Of a stretch of 64,000 bases of DNA, positions 49,709-60,217 are shown piece by piece. The position numbers were made by a program, and so were the translations under genes. The notes beneath the pieces were generated by a model, which saw only the letters and a list, made by a program, of their open reading frames with translations, was not told where the DNA came from and ran no database searches. How positions within the stretch are numbered: position 1 is the first letter of the stretch; every line of letters starts with the position of its first letter. The DNA is from Syntrophorhabdaceae bacterium (GTDB taxonomy: Bacteria; Desulfobacterota; Syntrophorhabdia; Syntrophorhabdales; Syntrophorhabdaceae): assembly GCA_963666485.2 (NCBI GenBank), contig CAXXUO010000002.1, positions 1-64,000 on the forward strand. Reading direction: 5' to 3'.

Positions 49709-51105
49709 AACAAGCGAGATCGATCCTTTTCCTGTTCACCATTTTTTTTGTCGCCCCGGTATGTGCCCTCGCCCAGAATGTACAGAACGGCCGGTTCGAC
49801 CTCCCTGCCCTGATCGAGTACGCGGTCAAGCACAATCCTGCCCTGAAGATCGCGAAACAGAACATCAGCATAGAGGACCAGGGCGTCAAGTCTGCACAGG
49901 CCGACATGATGCCGCGCATAGACGTTACGGGCGGTTATACCAGGTACCGCTACCCCTACCCGCTCACCCCGATCGTCATCGACAGGCTTCCGCTCCTGCC
50001 GTCCGATATACCCGACTTTGAAAAGAATGTGTACGACGGGTTCGCGACCTTTTCGGTCCCGCTCTTCAGGGGCGGCCGGCTCGTGCGCGGCGTTACCATC
50101 GCCGAGCTGAAACGGTCCATGGCCCGGGATTTCCATACACAGAATTTAAACGAGCTTGTTTATAATGTTACGGCCGTCTATTACAAGCTGGCGCAGCTCG
50201 AGGACCTTTTGCGCGCATTCGAGGCACAGGAAAAAGGGTTAGGCGCCCACAGGCAGGACGTCGAACTTTTCCTCAAGGCGGGCACGGCCCCCAAGCTCGA
50301 CCTGTACAAGGCGGACACCGAACTTGCCGGCGCATCCGAGCGCCGGATACAGACCCGGAATGCCATTGCAAGCGCCCGGGAACTGCTCAAGTCCATCATA
50401 GGGATGGAAGACCCGGGCGAGCTGTCCCTCGCGTTCGATAATGCCTCGAAGGCGGTCCCGCAGATCCCGCAGGGGGACCTCGATGCCGCCCTTTCCAGCC
50501 GGCCCGACTACAAGGCGGCAGTGTCCAAGGTCAAAATGTTCGAGCAGCGTGTTGCGTCGGCAAAGGGCAAGCGCCTGCCTGACATATATGCATCGGGGGA
50601 TTACGGCGGCAGGGCCGGGGATGCCTTCGCCTTCAAGGAGAACTGGACGCTGGGCGTACGCCTCATGCTTCCCGTGTTCGATTTCGGGCGCATAAGCTCC
50701 GAGGTCGAAAAAGAACAGTACTCCCTCATGAATGCGCGGGAGGAGGAGCGGGCGCTTCGCCTGACCATCGCACGCGAATTGAGGGACGCGCAGACGGCGA
50801 TCTCAAATGCCGAGGAACGGATGACGGTTTCCGGGAAAGCGGTCGTTTCCGCGATGGAACAGGCCCGCATCGAGGACCTTCGCTACAAGGCGGGAGACAA
50901 CACCTCAACCGATGTGATCAATGCCCAGGCGGCCCTTGTCCGTTCGCGGTCCGACCATGCCCAGGCGATCTTCGACCGGGATGTGGCTGTCGCTTCTCTC
51001 AAGAAATCTCTCGGTTTGAACGGCGCACCTGATAGCGTCCCCCGTACCGGTCCCGCAACCGGGAATGGTACAAAGATCCCCATCAAGACGGAGGAAACAC
51101 GATGA
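49705..51105 (+). CDS. TolC-family outer membrane efflux protein
   Basis: Signal peptide, duplicated OEP pattern (PLFRGG, PVFDFG, RYKAG). Confidence 0.9.
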   Translation: MKQARSILFLFTIFFVAPVCALAQNVQNGRFDLPALIEYAVKHNPALKIAKQNISIEDQGVKSAQADMMPRIDVTGGYTRYRYPYPLTPIVIDRLPLLPSDIPDFEKNVYDGFATFSVPLFRGGRLVRGVTIAELKRSMARDFHTQNLNELVYNVTAVYYKLAQLEDLLRAFEAQEKGLGAHRQDVELFLKAGTAPKLDLYKADTELAGASERRIQTRNAIASARELLKSIIGMEDPGELSLAFDNASKAVPQIPQGDLDAALSSRPDYKAAVSKVKMFEQRVASAKGKRLPDIYASGDYGGRAGDAFAFKENWTLGVRLMLPVFDFGRISSEVEKEQYSLMNAREEERALRLTIARELRDAQTAISNAEERMTVSGKAVVSAMEQARIEDLRYKAGDNTSTDVINAQAALVRSRSDHAQAIFDRDVAVASLKKSLGLNGAPDSVPRTGPATGNGTKIPIKTEETR

Positions 51106-52094
51106 TCCCGAAGAAGAGACTCGTCCCTGCCATCATCATCGCCGTGATCGTGATCATAGCGGTCATTGTCGTCATCCGCTTTGTCAGCAATCGCGATGAC
51201 GGCACCATGCGGCTGTCGGGAAACGTCGAGGTGACCGAACATAATATCGGGTTCAAGGTTTCAGGCAAAATAGCGAAGCTCACCGTCGACGAAGGGGACC
51301 GCGTCAAACAGGGAGACCTGCTCGCCGAGCTGTCGAGCGGCGATGTGAAGGCCCTCGTCAACCAGAACCGTGCAGCCCTCGACGAAGCAAAGGTCAAACT
51401 TGCCGAACTGAAGGCCGGCTCGCGCAAACAGGAGGTAGGCCGGGCCCGCGCCGAATCGGCGTCGGTGGAGGCAGAACTTGTCCGGGCACGCAAAGACTTC
51501 GAGCGGGCTGAAATGCTCTACAACAACGGCGCGATATCGGCCTCCCGCTTCGATGCCGCGAAAAGCGCGTACGAGACGAGGACCGCACAGCTCAAAAGCG
51601 CAAGACAGCAGCAAAGCCTCGTTGAGGAAGGACCGCGCCGGGAGGATATCAAGGCGGCCGAGTTCCGTGTCGAGCAGCTTACGGCAGCAGTCGCCAATAC
51701 GGAGGATAAGCTCGCGGACACGAGACTCTCTGCGCCGATAACAGGCATCATCTTCCGCAAGAATGTCGAACTAGGCGAGATCGTCCAGCCGGGAGCCGCC
51801 ATCTTCGTCGTCGGCGACCTCGAGCGTCCCTGGGTGAAGGTCTACGTCAAGGAAGACAAGTTGAGCCTCGTCAAGCTCGGCCAGAAGGCCCGCATAACCG
51901 TGGACACGTACAAGAACCGTTATTATGAAGGCACCGTGACATTCATATCCTCCGATGCCGAGTTTACCCCGAAGAATGTCCAGACGCAGGAGGAACGCGT
52001 CAAGCTCGTTTTTGGCGTTAAGGTCACCGTCAAGAACCAGAACCAGGAGTTAAAGCCCGGCATGCCCGCGGATGTCAGGATCTTCCTGAGGTGA
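51102..52094 (+). CDS. HlyD-family periplasmic adaptor (YbhG-like)
   Basis: EGDRVKQG, AEFTPKNVQT.EERVKLVF, LKPGMPAD. Confidence 0.92.
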   Translation: MIPKKRLVPAIIIAVIVIIAVIVVIRFVSNRDDGTMRLSGNVEVTEHNIGFKVSGKIAKLTVDEGDRVKQGDLLAELSSGDVKALVNQNRAALDEAKVKLAELKAGSRKQEVGRARAESASVEAELVRARKDFERAEMLYNNGAISASRFDAAKSAYETRTAQLKSARQQQSLVEEGPRREDIKAAEFRVEQLTAAVANTEDKLADTRLSAPITGIIFRKNVELGEIVQPGAAIFVVGDLERPWVKVYVKEDKLSLVKLGQKARITVDTYKNRYYEGTVTFISSDAEFTPKNVQTQEERVKLVFGVKVTVKNQNQELKPGMPADVRIFLR

Positions 52095-52097
52095 TCG

Positions 52098-53048
52098 ATG
52101 AACGATGCGGCGGTCATCACCTGTGAAACCCTGACAAAAGAATTCGGGCCGGTCAGGGCACTCGACGGCATTACCCTCGAAGTCCGCAAGGGGGAGCTAT
52201 TCGGGCTCGTGGGCCCTGACGGCGCCGGGAAATCGACGCTTATGCGCCTTTTGACGGCCGTCATGGAGCCGACATCCGGCGATGCGTGGGTGGCTTCGCA
52301 CCACATTCAAAAAGAACCGGAGCAGATCAAGGAAAAGATCGCCTACATGCCGCAGCGGTTTGGCCTCTACGAGGACCTCACCGTTATGGAAAATATCGTT
52401 TTCTACGCCGACATATTCAGCGTTCCCAAAAACGAACGCCCGTCGCGCATAGAAAAACTCCTCGGGTTCTCGAACCTTCAGCCCTTCACGGACAGGCTTG
52501 CGGGACAGCTCTCCGGCGGCATGAAGCAAAAGCTCGGCCTCGCATGCGCCCTCATCCACACCCCCCAGATCGTCTTTCTCGACGAGCCGACGAACGGCGT
52601 CGATCCCGTCTCGCGCAGGGATTTCTGGAAGATACTCTACGAATTGCTGAAAGAAGGGGTGACCATTTTCGTTTCCACATCCTATCTCGACGAGGCGGAA
52701 CGGTGTACCGAGATCGGCCTCATATACGAGGGCCGGCTCCTTGAAAAAGACACGCCGGGCGCGATCAAGGCGCGCCACGCCATGCCCATGATCGAGCTGT
52801 GGTCCCGGAACGCACGCGCCATCATGCAGACGCTGAAAGACGACCCGAGGGTGACGGGGATCGGCATATACGGCGACAGGCTCCATGTCGGGCTCAATGA
52901 CCGTGCCGACATACCGGCGCTGATGTCGTTTTTGTCGGAGAAGAAAAGCAGCGTCGAGGGATACCGGGAGATCGCGCCGTCGATAGAAGATATCTTCTTT
53001 TCGATGATCGGTGCAGGGACGACACATCCGGAAGAACAGCATGGATAA
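52098..53048 (+). CDS. ABC transporter ATP-binding protein (YbhF N-half-like)
   Basis: GPDGAGKST, LSGGMKQKL, LDEPTNGVDPVSRR. Confidence 0.92.
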   Translation: MNDAAVITCETLTKEFGPVRALDGITLEVRKGELFGLVGPDGAGKSTLMRLLTAVMEPTSGDAWVASHHIQKEPEQIKEKIAYMPQRFGLYEDLTVMENIVFYADIFSVPKNERPSRIEKLLGFSNLQPFTDRLAGQLSGGMKQKLGLACALIHTPQIVFLDEPTNGVDPVSRRDFWKILYELLKEGVTIFVSTSYLDEAERCTEIGLIYEGRLLEKDTPGAIKARHAMPMIELWSRNARAIMQTLKDDPRVTGIGIYGDRLHVGLNDRADIPALMSFLSEKKSSVEGYREIAPSIEDIFFSMIGAGTTHPEEQHG

Positions 53049-53988
53049 CACCTCCGGCCATAATTCAAATAACGATGCCGCTGTCACGGTAAAAGGCCTT
53101 ACACGGACATTCGGCCAATTCAGGGCGGTCGACAACATCGATCTCAGCGTAAGCCGCGGCGAGGTCTTCGGGTTCTTAGGCCCGAACGGCGCCGGGAAAT
53201 CGACGACGATCCGGATGCTGTGCGGGCTTTTGCTCCCGACGAGCGGGGAAGGCACGGTCGGCGGCTTCGACGTCATGACACAATCCGAGGAGATCAAGAA
53301 GAACATCGGGTACATGTCGCAAAAGTTCTCCCTGTACGACGACCTGACGATCGAGGAGAATATCGATTTTTTCAGCGGGATCTACGGCGTCCCCGACGAA
53401 AAGAAAAACGAGCGCAAGGAGTGGGTGCTCGACATGGCGGGCATCGCGGATATGCGCGGGGCCATTACCCGCACCATGGCGAGCGGTTTCAAACAGCGCC
53501 TTGCGCTCGGGTGCGCCGTCATACACGAGCCGCCCATCATCTTCCTCGACGAGCCGACGTCCGGCGTCGACCCTATATCGCGCCGCCGGTTCTGGAACCT
53601 GATATATGACCTGTCGTCCCGGGGGACAACCGTTTTCGTTACGACCCACTACCTCGATGAAGCGGAGTATTGCGACCGCCTCGCGCTTATATACCGCGGA
53701 AAGATCATCGCGGAAGGCCGGCCGGACATCATGAAAAAAGAGTACATGCACAAGGAGATCCTCGAGATCTCGGCTTCCCCGGTGATAGATGCCCTTGACG
53801 TCCTCGGAAAGGAAGGTTTCGATGCCGCGCTCTTCGGCAGCGTTATCCATGCGACCGTGGACGACGCGGCGTCGGCGGCCCCCCGCATCGAATCGCTGCT
53901 TAACGCGGCCCATATTACGGCGTCTCATATCGAACAGATACGCCCTTCGCTCGAGGACGTGTTCGTGTCCCTGATCGAGGTGTCCTGA
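53041..53988 (+). CDS. ABC transporter ATP-binding protein (YbhF C-half-like)
   Basis: GPNGAGKST, GYMSQKFSLY, LDEPTSGVDP. Confidence 0.92.
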   Translation: MDNTSGHNSNNDAAVTVKGLTRTFGQFRAVDNIDLSVSRGEVFGFLGPNGAGKSTTIRMLCGLLLPTSGEGTVGGFDVMTQSEEIKKNIGYMSQKFSLYDDLTIEENIDFFSGIYGVPDEKKNERKEWVLDMAGIADMRGAITRTMASGFKQRLALGCAVIHEPPIIFLDEPTSGVDPISRRRFWNLIYDLSSRGTTVFVTTHYLDEAEYCDRLALIYRGKIIAEGRPDIMKKEYMHKEILEISASPVIDALDVLGKEGFDAALFGSVIHATVDDAASAAPRIESLLNAAHITASHIEQIRPSLEDVFVSLIEVS

Positions 53989-55097
53989 TGGACCTCAACC
54001 GCATGTGGGCAATGGCGCGCAAGGAGACGATACAGATCCGCAGGGACCCGTTGAGCCTGGCGCTCGCGTTCTTCATGCCGGTCATGCTCCTGTTCATCTT
54101 CGGATACGCGATCACCGTCGACGTGGACCGGCTCCCGACGATCGTCTACGACCGGGACATGTCGAGCTTGAGCCGTGAGGTGGTACGCGGGCTCGAGGCG
54201 TCCGGTTATTTCACGATCGTGGAATACGTGCGGAACCCGAAGCGCATTGACGCCGCTCTTGACGAAGGGTCCGCGAGGGTAGCCATCTCTTTCCCCGAGG
54301 ATTTCACCCGGTATGCCAGGGCCGGAAGGGCGGCGCACCTGCAGGTCATTGTCGACGGCAGCGATTCCAACACGGCCACGATAGCGCTCGGGTACCTGAA
54401 CCAGGCGCTCGAACTGGCAAGCCGGCGGGCGGGGCTCACCTCCGCAATTCCCGTCATCGATGTCCGCCCCCGGGTCTGGTATAACCCCGAGCTCAAATCG
54501 CGCAACTTTATCGTGCCGGGCCTCATCGCCGTGATCATGGCGATCATTGCGGCGCTTCTCACCTCGCTTACCATTGCCCGCGAATGGGAACGCGGCACAA
54601 TGGAACAGATCATCTCGACCCCCGTGAAACCCGCCGAGATCATCGTCGGGAAGCTCATACCCTATTTCGCGATCGGCATCATCGATACGGTCATGTCGAT
54701 CGTCATCGTCGTCTTTCTTTTCGGGGTTCCCCTGAAGGGCAGTTTCCTCCTCCTCCTTTTTATCTCGTCCCTTTTCATGTTCGGGGGCTTGAGCCTCGGG
54801 ATACTCATATCGATCGCGACGAAATCCCAGCTGGCATCGAGCCAGATCTCCGTTATCACATCGTACCTCCCTGCCCTTCTCCTGTCGGGTTTCATGTTCT
54901 CGATCCTCAATATGCCCATACCGCTGCAGGTGATCACGCGGCTCATTCCCGCACGGTATTTCGTGTCCGCCATAAAGGGGATATTTCTCAAGGGGAACAC
55001 GGCCGGGATGCTGCTCGGCGAAATGGCTCTTCTTGCATTGTTCGGCGCCGTCGTATTTTTCCTTGCCGTCAAGAAATTCAAGAAGCGGGTGACCTGA
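53988..55097 (+). CDS. ABC-2 transporter permease (YbhS-like)
   Basis: WYNPEL, AREWERGTMEQ, multiple TMs. Confidence 0.92.
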   Translation: MDLNRMWAMARKETIQIRRDPLSLALAFFMPVMLLFIFGYAITVDVDRLPTIVYDRDMSSLSREVVRGLEASGYFTIVEYVRNPKRIDAALDEGSARVAISFPEDFTRYARAGRAAHLQVIVDGSDSNTATIALGYLNQALELASRRAGLTSAIPVIDVRPRVWYNPELKSRNFIVPGLIAVIMAIIAALLTSLTIAREWERGTMEQIISTPVKPAEIIVGKLIPYFAIGIIDTVMSIVIVVFLFGVPLKGSFLLLLFISSLFMFGGLSLGILISIATKSQLASSQISVITSYLPALLLSGFMFSILNMPIPLQVITRLIPARYFVSAIKGIFLKGNTAGMLLGEMALLALFGAVVFFLAVKKFKKRVT

Positions 55098-55099
55098 CG

Positions 55100-56224
55100 A
55101 TGAGAGACACGCTGCGCCGCATAAAATACATGGTCAAGAAAGAGTTCATACAGATCTTCCGGGACAGGAAGATGAAGCCGATCATTTTTGTCACACCCGT
55201 CCTGCAGCTCATTGTATTCGGTTACGCGGTGACGATGGATGTCGCGAACATCAGGACGGCAGTGTACGATCTCGACAAGACGTCCGTGACCCGCGAGATA
55301 GCGCGGCGCTTCGAGTCGTCGGGATACTTCCGGATCGTGGCATACCCCGGGTCGGATACTGAAGTCAAGGAACTACTCGACAGGGGCGATGCGACTGTCG
55401 TGCTGAGCTTCGACCACGGGTTCACATCGGACCTCGAGGCGCGCCGGAGGCCGGCGCTGCAGGTGCTTCTCGACGGGACAGATTCCAATACCGCGCAGGT
55501 TGCAGCAGGGTATGCAAGCGGCATCATAATGCAGTTCAGCCAGGACCTCATCATGAAGACGGCCTACCGGGCACAGGGCGGGTATCTCGACGTACAGCCG
55601 CGGGCGTGGTACAACGCCGACCTCAAGAGCAAGAATTACAATGTCCCGGGCGTCATAGCGATCATGGTCTTTCTCGTCTGCCTCCTCCTGACCGCTATGG
55701 CCATCGTCCGGGAACGCGAGATCGGCACCATGGAGCAGCTCATGGTGACCCCGATACGGCCCGCCGAGCTCATACTCGGCAAGACCATCCCTTTTGCCGC
55801 TATCGGGTTCTTCGACACGTTCCTGGTCACGCTGGTCGGAACACTATGGTTCGAGGTGCCGATCAGGGGCTCCATACCTCTTTTGTCGCTGGCCACCGCC
55901 GTGTACCTTCTCTCCGTTCTCGGGTTCGGCCTTTTCATCTCGACCATTTCGCGCACACAGCAGCAGGCAATGATGGCATCTTTCCTTTTCTTTGCACCCG
56001 CCATCCTCCTCTCGGGGCTCATGTTCCCGATCGAGAATATGCCCCTTGCGGTACAGCTTGTCACATACCTGAACCCCCTGCGTTATTTTCTCATCATCAT
56101 CCGCGGCGTCTTCCTGAAAGGCAGCGGCATAGCCATACTCTGGCCGCAGTTCCTCGCGCTTTTCATACTCGGCGTTTCCGTCGTCGCGACAAGCTCGCTG
56201 AGGTTTAAGAAGAGATTGAATTAG
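55100..56224 (+). CDS. ABC-2 transporter permease (YbhR-like)
   Basis: VREREIGTMEQLMVTP, NPLRYF. Confidence 0.92.
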   Translation: MRDTLRRIKYMVKKEFIQIFRDRKMKPIIFVTPVLQLIVFGYAVTMDVANIRTAVYDLDKTSVTREIARRFESSGYFRIVAYPGSDTEVKELLDRGDATVVLSFDHGFTSDLEARRRPALQVLLDGTDSNTAQVAAGYASGIIMQFSQDLIMKTAYRAQGGYLDVQPRAWYNADLKSKNYNVPGVIAIMVFLVCLLLTAMAIVREREIGTMEQLMVTPIRPAELILGKTIPFAAIGFFDTFLVTLVGTLWFEVPIRGSIPLLSLATAVYLLSVLGFGLFISTISRTQQQAMMASFLFFAPAILLSGLMFPIENMPLAVQLVTYLNPLRYFLIIIRGVFLKGSGIAILWPQFLALFILGVSVVATSSLRFKKRLN

Positions 56225-56266
56225 AAACGGCGTCACGGTTCATGTTTCAAGTTTCAGGTTTCTCTC

Positions 56267-56410
56267 CGTCATTCCGGCGAAGGCCGGAATCCAGTGTTTT
56301 TGCTTTTATTCTTTAGGGATATATTGATCTGTGGCAACCGCCCGTTGACAAGTGCCGCCCGGAAGACAGCTTCAAAGAGGCACTGGATTCCGGCCTTCGC
56401 CGGAATGACG
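56267..56410. repeat. Inverted pair of REP-like palindromes
   Basis: Same core as the 26177/26264 pair; decayed gtttca heptamers at 56237-56262. Confidence 0.9.
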
Positions 56411-56542
56411 GTATTGAAGATTGGTTGCGACACAATTTTAAGAGGTGAAACCCAGCGTGTTCCCTTCAGTTCCGGCTCGCCCAAAAAAGGTTTGATTGTT
56501 GGCAAGATCAATGTTTCAATCTAAAGAATCCTCGGTGGGCGT

Positions 56543-57466
56543 GTGAAAAAAAGTAAACTTATCCTGATCTTCTTGTGTACCGCCATGGTCCTTCTCTCCT
56601 GTTCCGGTCCGGAAAAGAGGGAGAAAGGGCAGAGGCCGCCTGTCGCTCCCCGGACGGCGTTCGTGTCGACGATGTATGATACGAAGCCGTTCAATATCGG
56701 CACCGGGGAGCTTGTTCCGGGATATACGGGGCATAACGCCGAGCTCCTGTGCAATTCCATCCGCCTGCGGCAGGAGATAGTGAAGCAGCATCCCGGTGAA
56801 ACTGCCGCACAGCACAGGTCGCGTATTGCCGGGGATATCCACGCGCCCCTTATGGGTTCTCTCGATTTCGACAGCATATACGCATTCAGGATAGCGCCGG
56901 CAAAGAAGGTGTACGACGCCGGCCTGAAGAAGCTCGAGGTGAGCTTAAGCCTCATCCCTATATTCGAAAAAGGCATCGAGACCACCAGGAAGGCCTTCAT
57001 GGTCCGGTACCAGCCTCAGCTCGATAACTCGTACTTCATTACGGGCAAGGACGGTGCAAAGAAAGTCATCGAGGAGAAAAAATTCCTCGAGTATTCGATC
57101 GTGCCTGTCGACGGGGCCGGATCGCCCGCCGAAACGAGGGACTCTATCTCAACAGTTGTCCCCATGACGCAGGAGGAGCTCCGGAAAACCGAGGCCGACG
57201 TCATGTTCCTCGTGATCGGCAGACTGCAGTCCCCGTACATTTCGTACGAAGAGATAAACAAAAATCCCCAGCCCGGCGCCTCCGGCACGTATCTCGGCCG
57301 GTACTACTACCTGCACATACATATTGTCGATGTGTGGATTTATGACATGGCGAACGGGAAGGTGCTGCAGAAAAACTGGTTCAAAGTTCAAAGTTCAACG
57401 AAAAAGACGGGAAATAAAAACTTCCTTCCACGTTCCGCGTTCCAGCTTTCGCTTGTCGCTTTTTAA
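56543..57466 (+). CDS. Putative lipoprotein, unknown function
   Basis: MKKSK + hydrophobic stretch + LLSC lipobox; last ~29 codons run through a repeat element. Confidence 0.7.
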   Translation: MKKSKLILIFLCTAMVLLSCSGPEKREKGQRPPVAPRTAFVSTMYDTKPFNIGTGELVPGYTGHNAELLCNSIRLRQEIVKQHPGETAAQHRSRIAGDIHAPLMGSLDFDSIYAFRIAPAKKVYDAGLKKLEVSLSLIPIFEKGIETTRKAFMVRYQPQLDNSYFITGKDGAKKVIEEKKFLEYSIVPVDGAGSPAETRDSISTVVPMTQEELRKTEADVMFLVIGRLQSPYISYEEINKNPQPGASGTYLGRYYYLHIHIVDVWIYDMANGKVLQKNWFKVQSSTKKTGNKNFLPRSAFQLSLVAF

Positions 57467-57489
57467 CCTTGAACCTTGAACCTTGAACC
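57378..57489. repeat. Inverted heptamer-array element, GTTCAAA/CTTGAAC, with an inner decayed TTCCACG array
   Basis: Direct reading. Confidence 0.85.
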
Positions 57490-57539
57490 GTTTACCAAGA
57501 GCGCTTGTTTTAATCGTCTTTACCTGTGTACAATACAAT

Positions 57540-58319
57540 ATGGCGGCATTTCGAAATCCTGACTTTGCACGGGCGTATCACAGGAAGGGGGAGGCGTGCC
57601 GCGATATCGGGAACAATGAGCTGGCGCTGAAGAATTACATCCGGGCGACCGAGCTCGACTACGAATTCCTGGATGCCTTCCTTGACCTCGGCGACCTTTT
57701 GCGTGACCTGGGCGATTTTAAGCGGGCGGCGGAGAACTACACGAAGGCCATCGAGCTTGAGCCGACGCGGACGGAGTCATACATGAGCCGTGCGCACGTG
57801 TACGGGGCCATGGGTAAGCATGAGCTCGAGGTTGCCGATTACGACAGCGCCATCACCCTTATGCCGCACAACCCGATCCTCCACGGCAGGCGCGGAGCCG
57901 CGCTCATCCTGCTGAAAAGATATGAAGAGGCGATAGATGACTATTCGGTCCTCCTAGCACTGAAACCCACCTTTCTCTGGGTACGCGTCATCAGGGGCGA
58001 TGCCTATGCGGCGATTGGGATGAACACGGAAGCCATCGATGATTACACCACATTCATCAAGCTTCATCCCGAGTACGCCGAGACCTATGTCAGCCGGGGA
58101 CGAGCCTGGCACAATCTCCGTGAGTACGATAAGGCCATCGGGGATTACGATAAGGCCATTGAATTGAGCCCGGACCTCGCCGAGGCGTATTACCACCGCG
58201 GGCTATCCCGGGAAGCCCTCGACATGACAATGCCCGCCATCGCCGATTACCGCATGGCCGCCCAGCTCGGTGATGAAAAAGCCATAAAGCTCCTGAAGAA
58301 ACGGAAGATATTCCAATAA
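57540..58319 (+). CDS. Tetratricopeptide repeat protein
   Basis: About seven 34-aa TPR repeats (AI.DY.KAIEL.P). Confidence 0.9.
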   Translation: MAAFRNPDFARAYHRKGEACRDIGNNELALKNYIRATELDYEFLDAFLDLGDLLRDLGDFKRAAENYTKAIELEPTRTESYMSRAHVYGAMGKHELEVADYDSAITLMPHNPILHGRRGAALILLKRYEEAIDDYSVLLALKPTFLWVRVIRGDAYAAIGMNTEAIDDYTTFIKLHPEYAETYVSRGRAWHNLREYDKAIGDYDKAIELSPDLAEAYYHRGLSREALDMTMPAIADYRMAAQLGDEKAIKLLKKRKIFQ

Positions 58320-58324
58320 AAACC

Positions 58325-58525
58325 GGTTCAAAGTTCAAGGTTCAAAGTTCAAGGTTAAAAGCAAAACAACGTAGAACCTTAAAAACCTTGGATCCCGGTG
58401 TTAAGCACCGGGATGACGGCAATGTTTTGGCCGGTGCGCCGGGTGAACGTTTTTTACGTGGAACGTGGAACGTGGAACCCGAAACCATCTTTTAACCTTG
58501 AACTTTGAACCTTGAACCTTGAACC
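58325..58525. repeat. Composite: GTTCAA arms / REP (58389-58417) / inner GTGGAAC array
   Basis: Same order of parts as 30911-31165. Confidence 0.9.
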
Positions 58526-58593
58526 GTTTTTAGAAGGGGGTGCCGGTCCTGTTCCGGGATGAAAGCAGGACTGGATGTATGGAGTGCGGTCTG

Positions 58594-59886
58594 TTAACCG
58601 GCTTCAGTTGCTATGGTTTCTCTTTCACCGGCATCGCTTTCAACGAACACCGGTTCTGCGGCGACCACGGGGATCCTGCGCACGAGCGGCCACTTGTCAA
58701 AAAACGTGTTGTAATAAAGAAAGCACATGAGGAAAACGAACTGCCCGGCGAGGATGCCCATGACCGGAAATCCGTACCCGAGGTCATTGGCGCCGAAGGG
58801 AAGTGACCGGAACGTCTTGAGCCATATGAAACCAAGCGTGAGGCCCAGCGTGATCCAGATGCCGATCCTGACGAAAATGCGGGCAGCCTGGTTCTTCACC
58901 AGGTCCTGGGACGGGTAATCGTCGAATACGTGGTGCCACAACAGCGTCGCTATAACGATGGACAGTGCGATGGACGCGACAGGGACGTCCGCAGGGACAC
59001 CCGGCATGAGGTTGAGCGGATGAATGACGGCCTGCAGGATGCGCAGCATGCCGTAGCTCATGACAAGGGTGATGCCGAGCCCGATAATGCCCATCAGCGG
59101 CTGTTTCTTCGCAAAGAATTTCATCGGGTAATTCTCCCCTCCCTCCGCCGGGACAAGGAAACACCAGATGAAACATTGTGCATAGGCGACAAACGTGGGC
59201 CAGGAGCCCATCGGCTTGGAGACGATGTGATGGCCGCCGATGCTGAGGTTTAAAAGGCTCGGAAGGACCAGGGCAAACCATGCCAGGAGACAGAAATAAG
59301 AGCTCAGCGACATCGCACCCACACCGTCCCACGGGGACTTGATATTCCCGGCGAATGGCCATTTATGGAATAATGCGACATACCCGATGTTCGCGAGGAT
59401 AACGGTAAGTGCATAAAAATTGCTCGCCTCCCAGCCCTCGATCGCCAGGTGGACTTCCTCGATATTCTGCGGGGTAAAAAGGATGGAGAGGCTGAACGGC
59501 TTCCACCAGATGCCCGTGAAGCCGGTGACGATCAAAAAGCCGACAAGTCCGACGCCAAGGCCGACAAGCGTGTACCAGATGCCGGCGCCGGGCTGGCGCT
59601 TCGTCAGGGCGTATTTGCCATACCCGCCGAAGACGAGGGTCTGCCATATCCATGCATTGATTATCATCCAGAAGAAGGTCGCCTCGGCAAACACCTGGAC
59701 GAATTTCCCGGCGGTTTTCGCATCGACCGCCTGAAGCCCCGGTGCGCCAAGCGAGAGGATGATATATCGTGAGACCGATCCCCAGGCAGGCCAGTAGATA
59801 AGGCTTGCGATAAAGCAGATGGCGAAAGCGGCAGCTCCTGTTGCAACCGGGCTTTTAAAGCTGCGTTTGATGACAAATTCGTTCAT
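58594..59886 (-). CDS. Polytopic membrane protein (~10-12 TM), putative transporter
   Basis: Very hydrophobic and Trp-rich; internal two-fold echo (LFHKWPF / FFDKWPL). Confidence 0.7.
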   Translation of the reverse strand: MNEFVIKRSFKSPVATGAAAFAICFIASLIYWPAWGSVSRYIILSLGAPGLQAVDAKTAGKFVQVFAEATFFWMIINAWIWQTLVFGGYGKYALTKRQPGAGIWYTLVGLGVGLVGFLIVTGFTGIWWKPFSLSILFTPQNIEEVHLAIEGWEASNFYALTVILANIGYVALFHKWPFAGNIKSPWDGVGAMSLSSYFCLLAWFALVLPSLLNLSIGGHHIVSKPMGSWPTFVAYAQCFIWCFLVPAEGGENYPMKFFAKKQPLMGIIGLGITLVMSYGMLRILQAVIHPLNLMPGVPADVPVASIALSIVIATLLWHHVFDDYPSQDLVKNQAARIFVRIGIWITLGLTLGFIWLKTFRSLPFGANDLGYGFPVMGILAGQFVFLMCFLYYNTFFDKWPLVRRIPVVAAEPVFVESDAGERETIATEAG

Positions 59887-60217
59887 AATGCCCCCCTGAA
59901 AAGCGTAAGTCGTGAGTCGTTTAAGGAGATGTATTCAGACACCGGGCGCCTCTTCCCGGCATACTGTGCGCGGTGCCGGAGAAGCCCATTTCTTCCCCGG
60001 CACCGCACCGAACATATTCCTTTATCATTCACCGTGAGTCGCGCCCGGATCGCCCTTCATGGCGGACCTGGCGAAAAGCCATCCATAGTGCGGGAGCTTT
60101 TCCTGCGTGTATTGCATGAGCTCGATGGCTGCTGCACGATCTTCGCCCATCTCCCTGTTTTCATGTCTTGTGATGTCCATGGATCATCCCTCCATAGCGT
60201 ATTGGTCGTGCAAACTT

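Noticed and set aside
56269..56524. Small ORFs with HWIPAFAGMT / VIPAKAGIQ peptides (also near 18348-18617 and 18955-19203)
   Set aside because: These are translations of the REP palindromes; no independent coding evidence.
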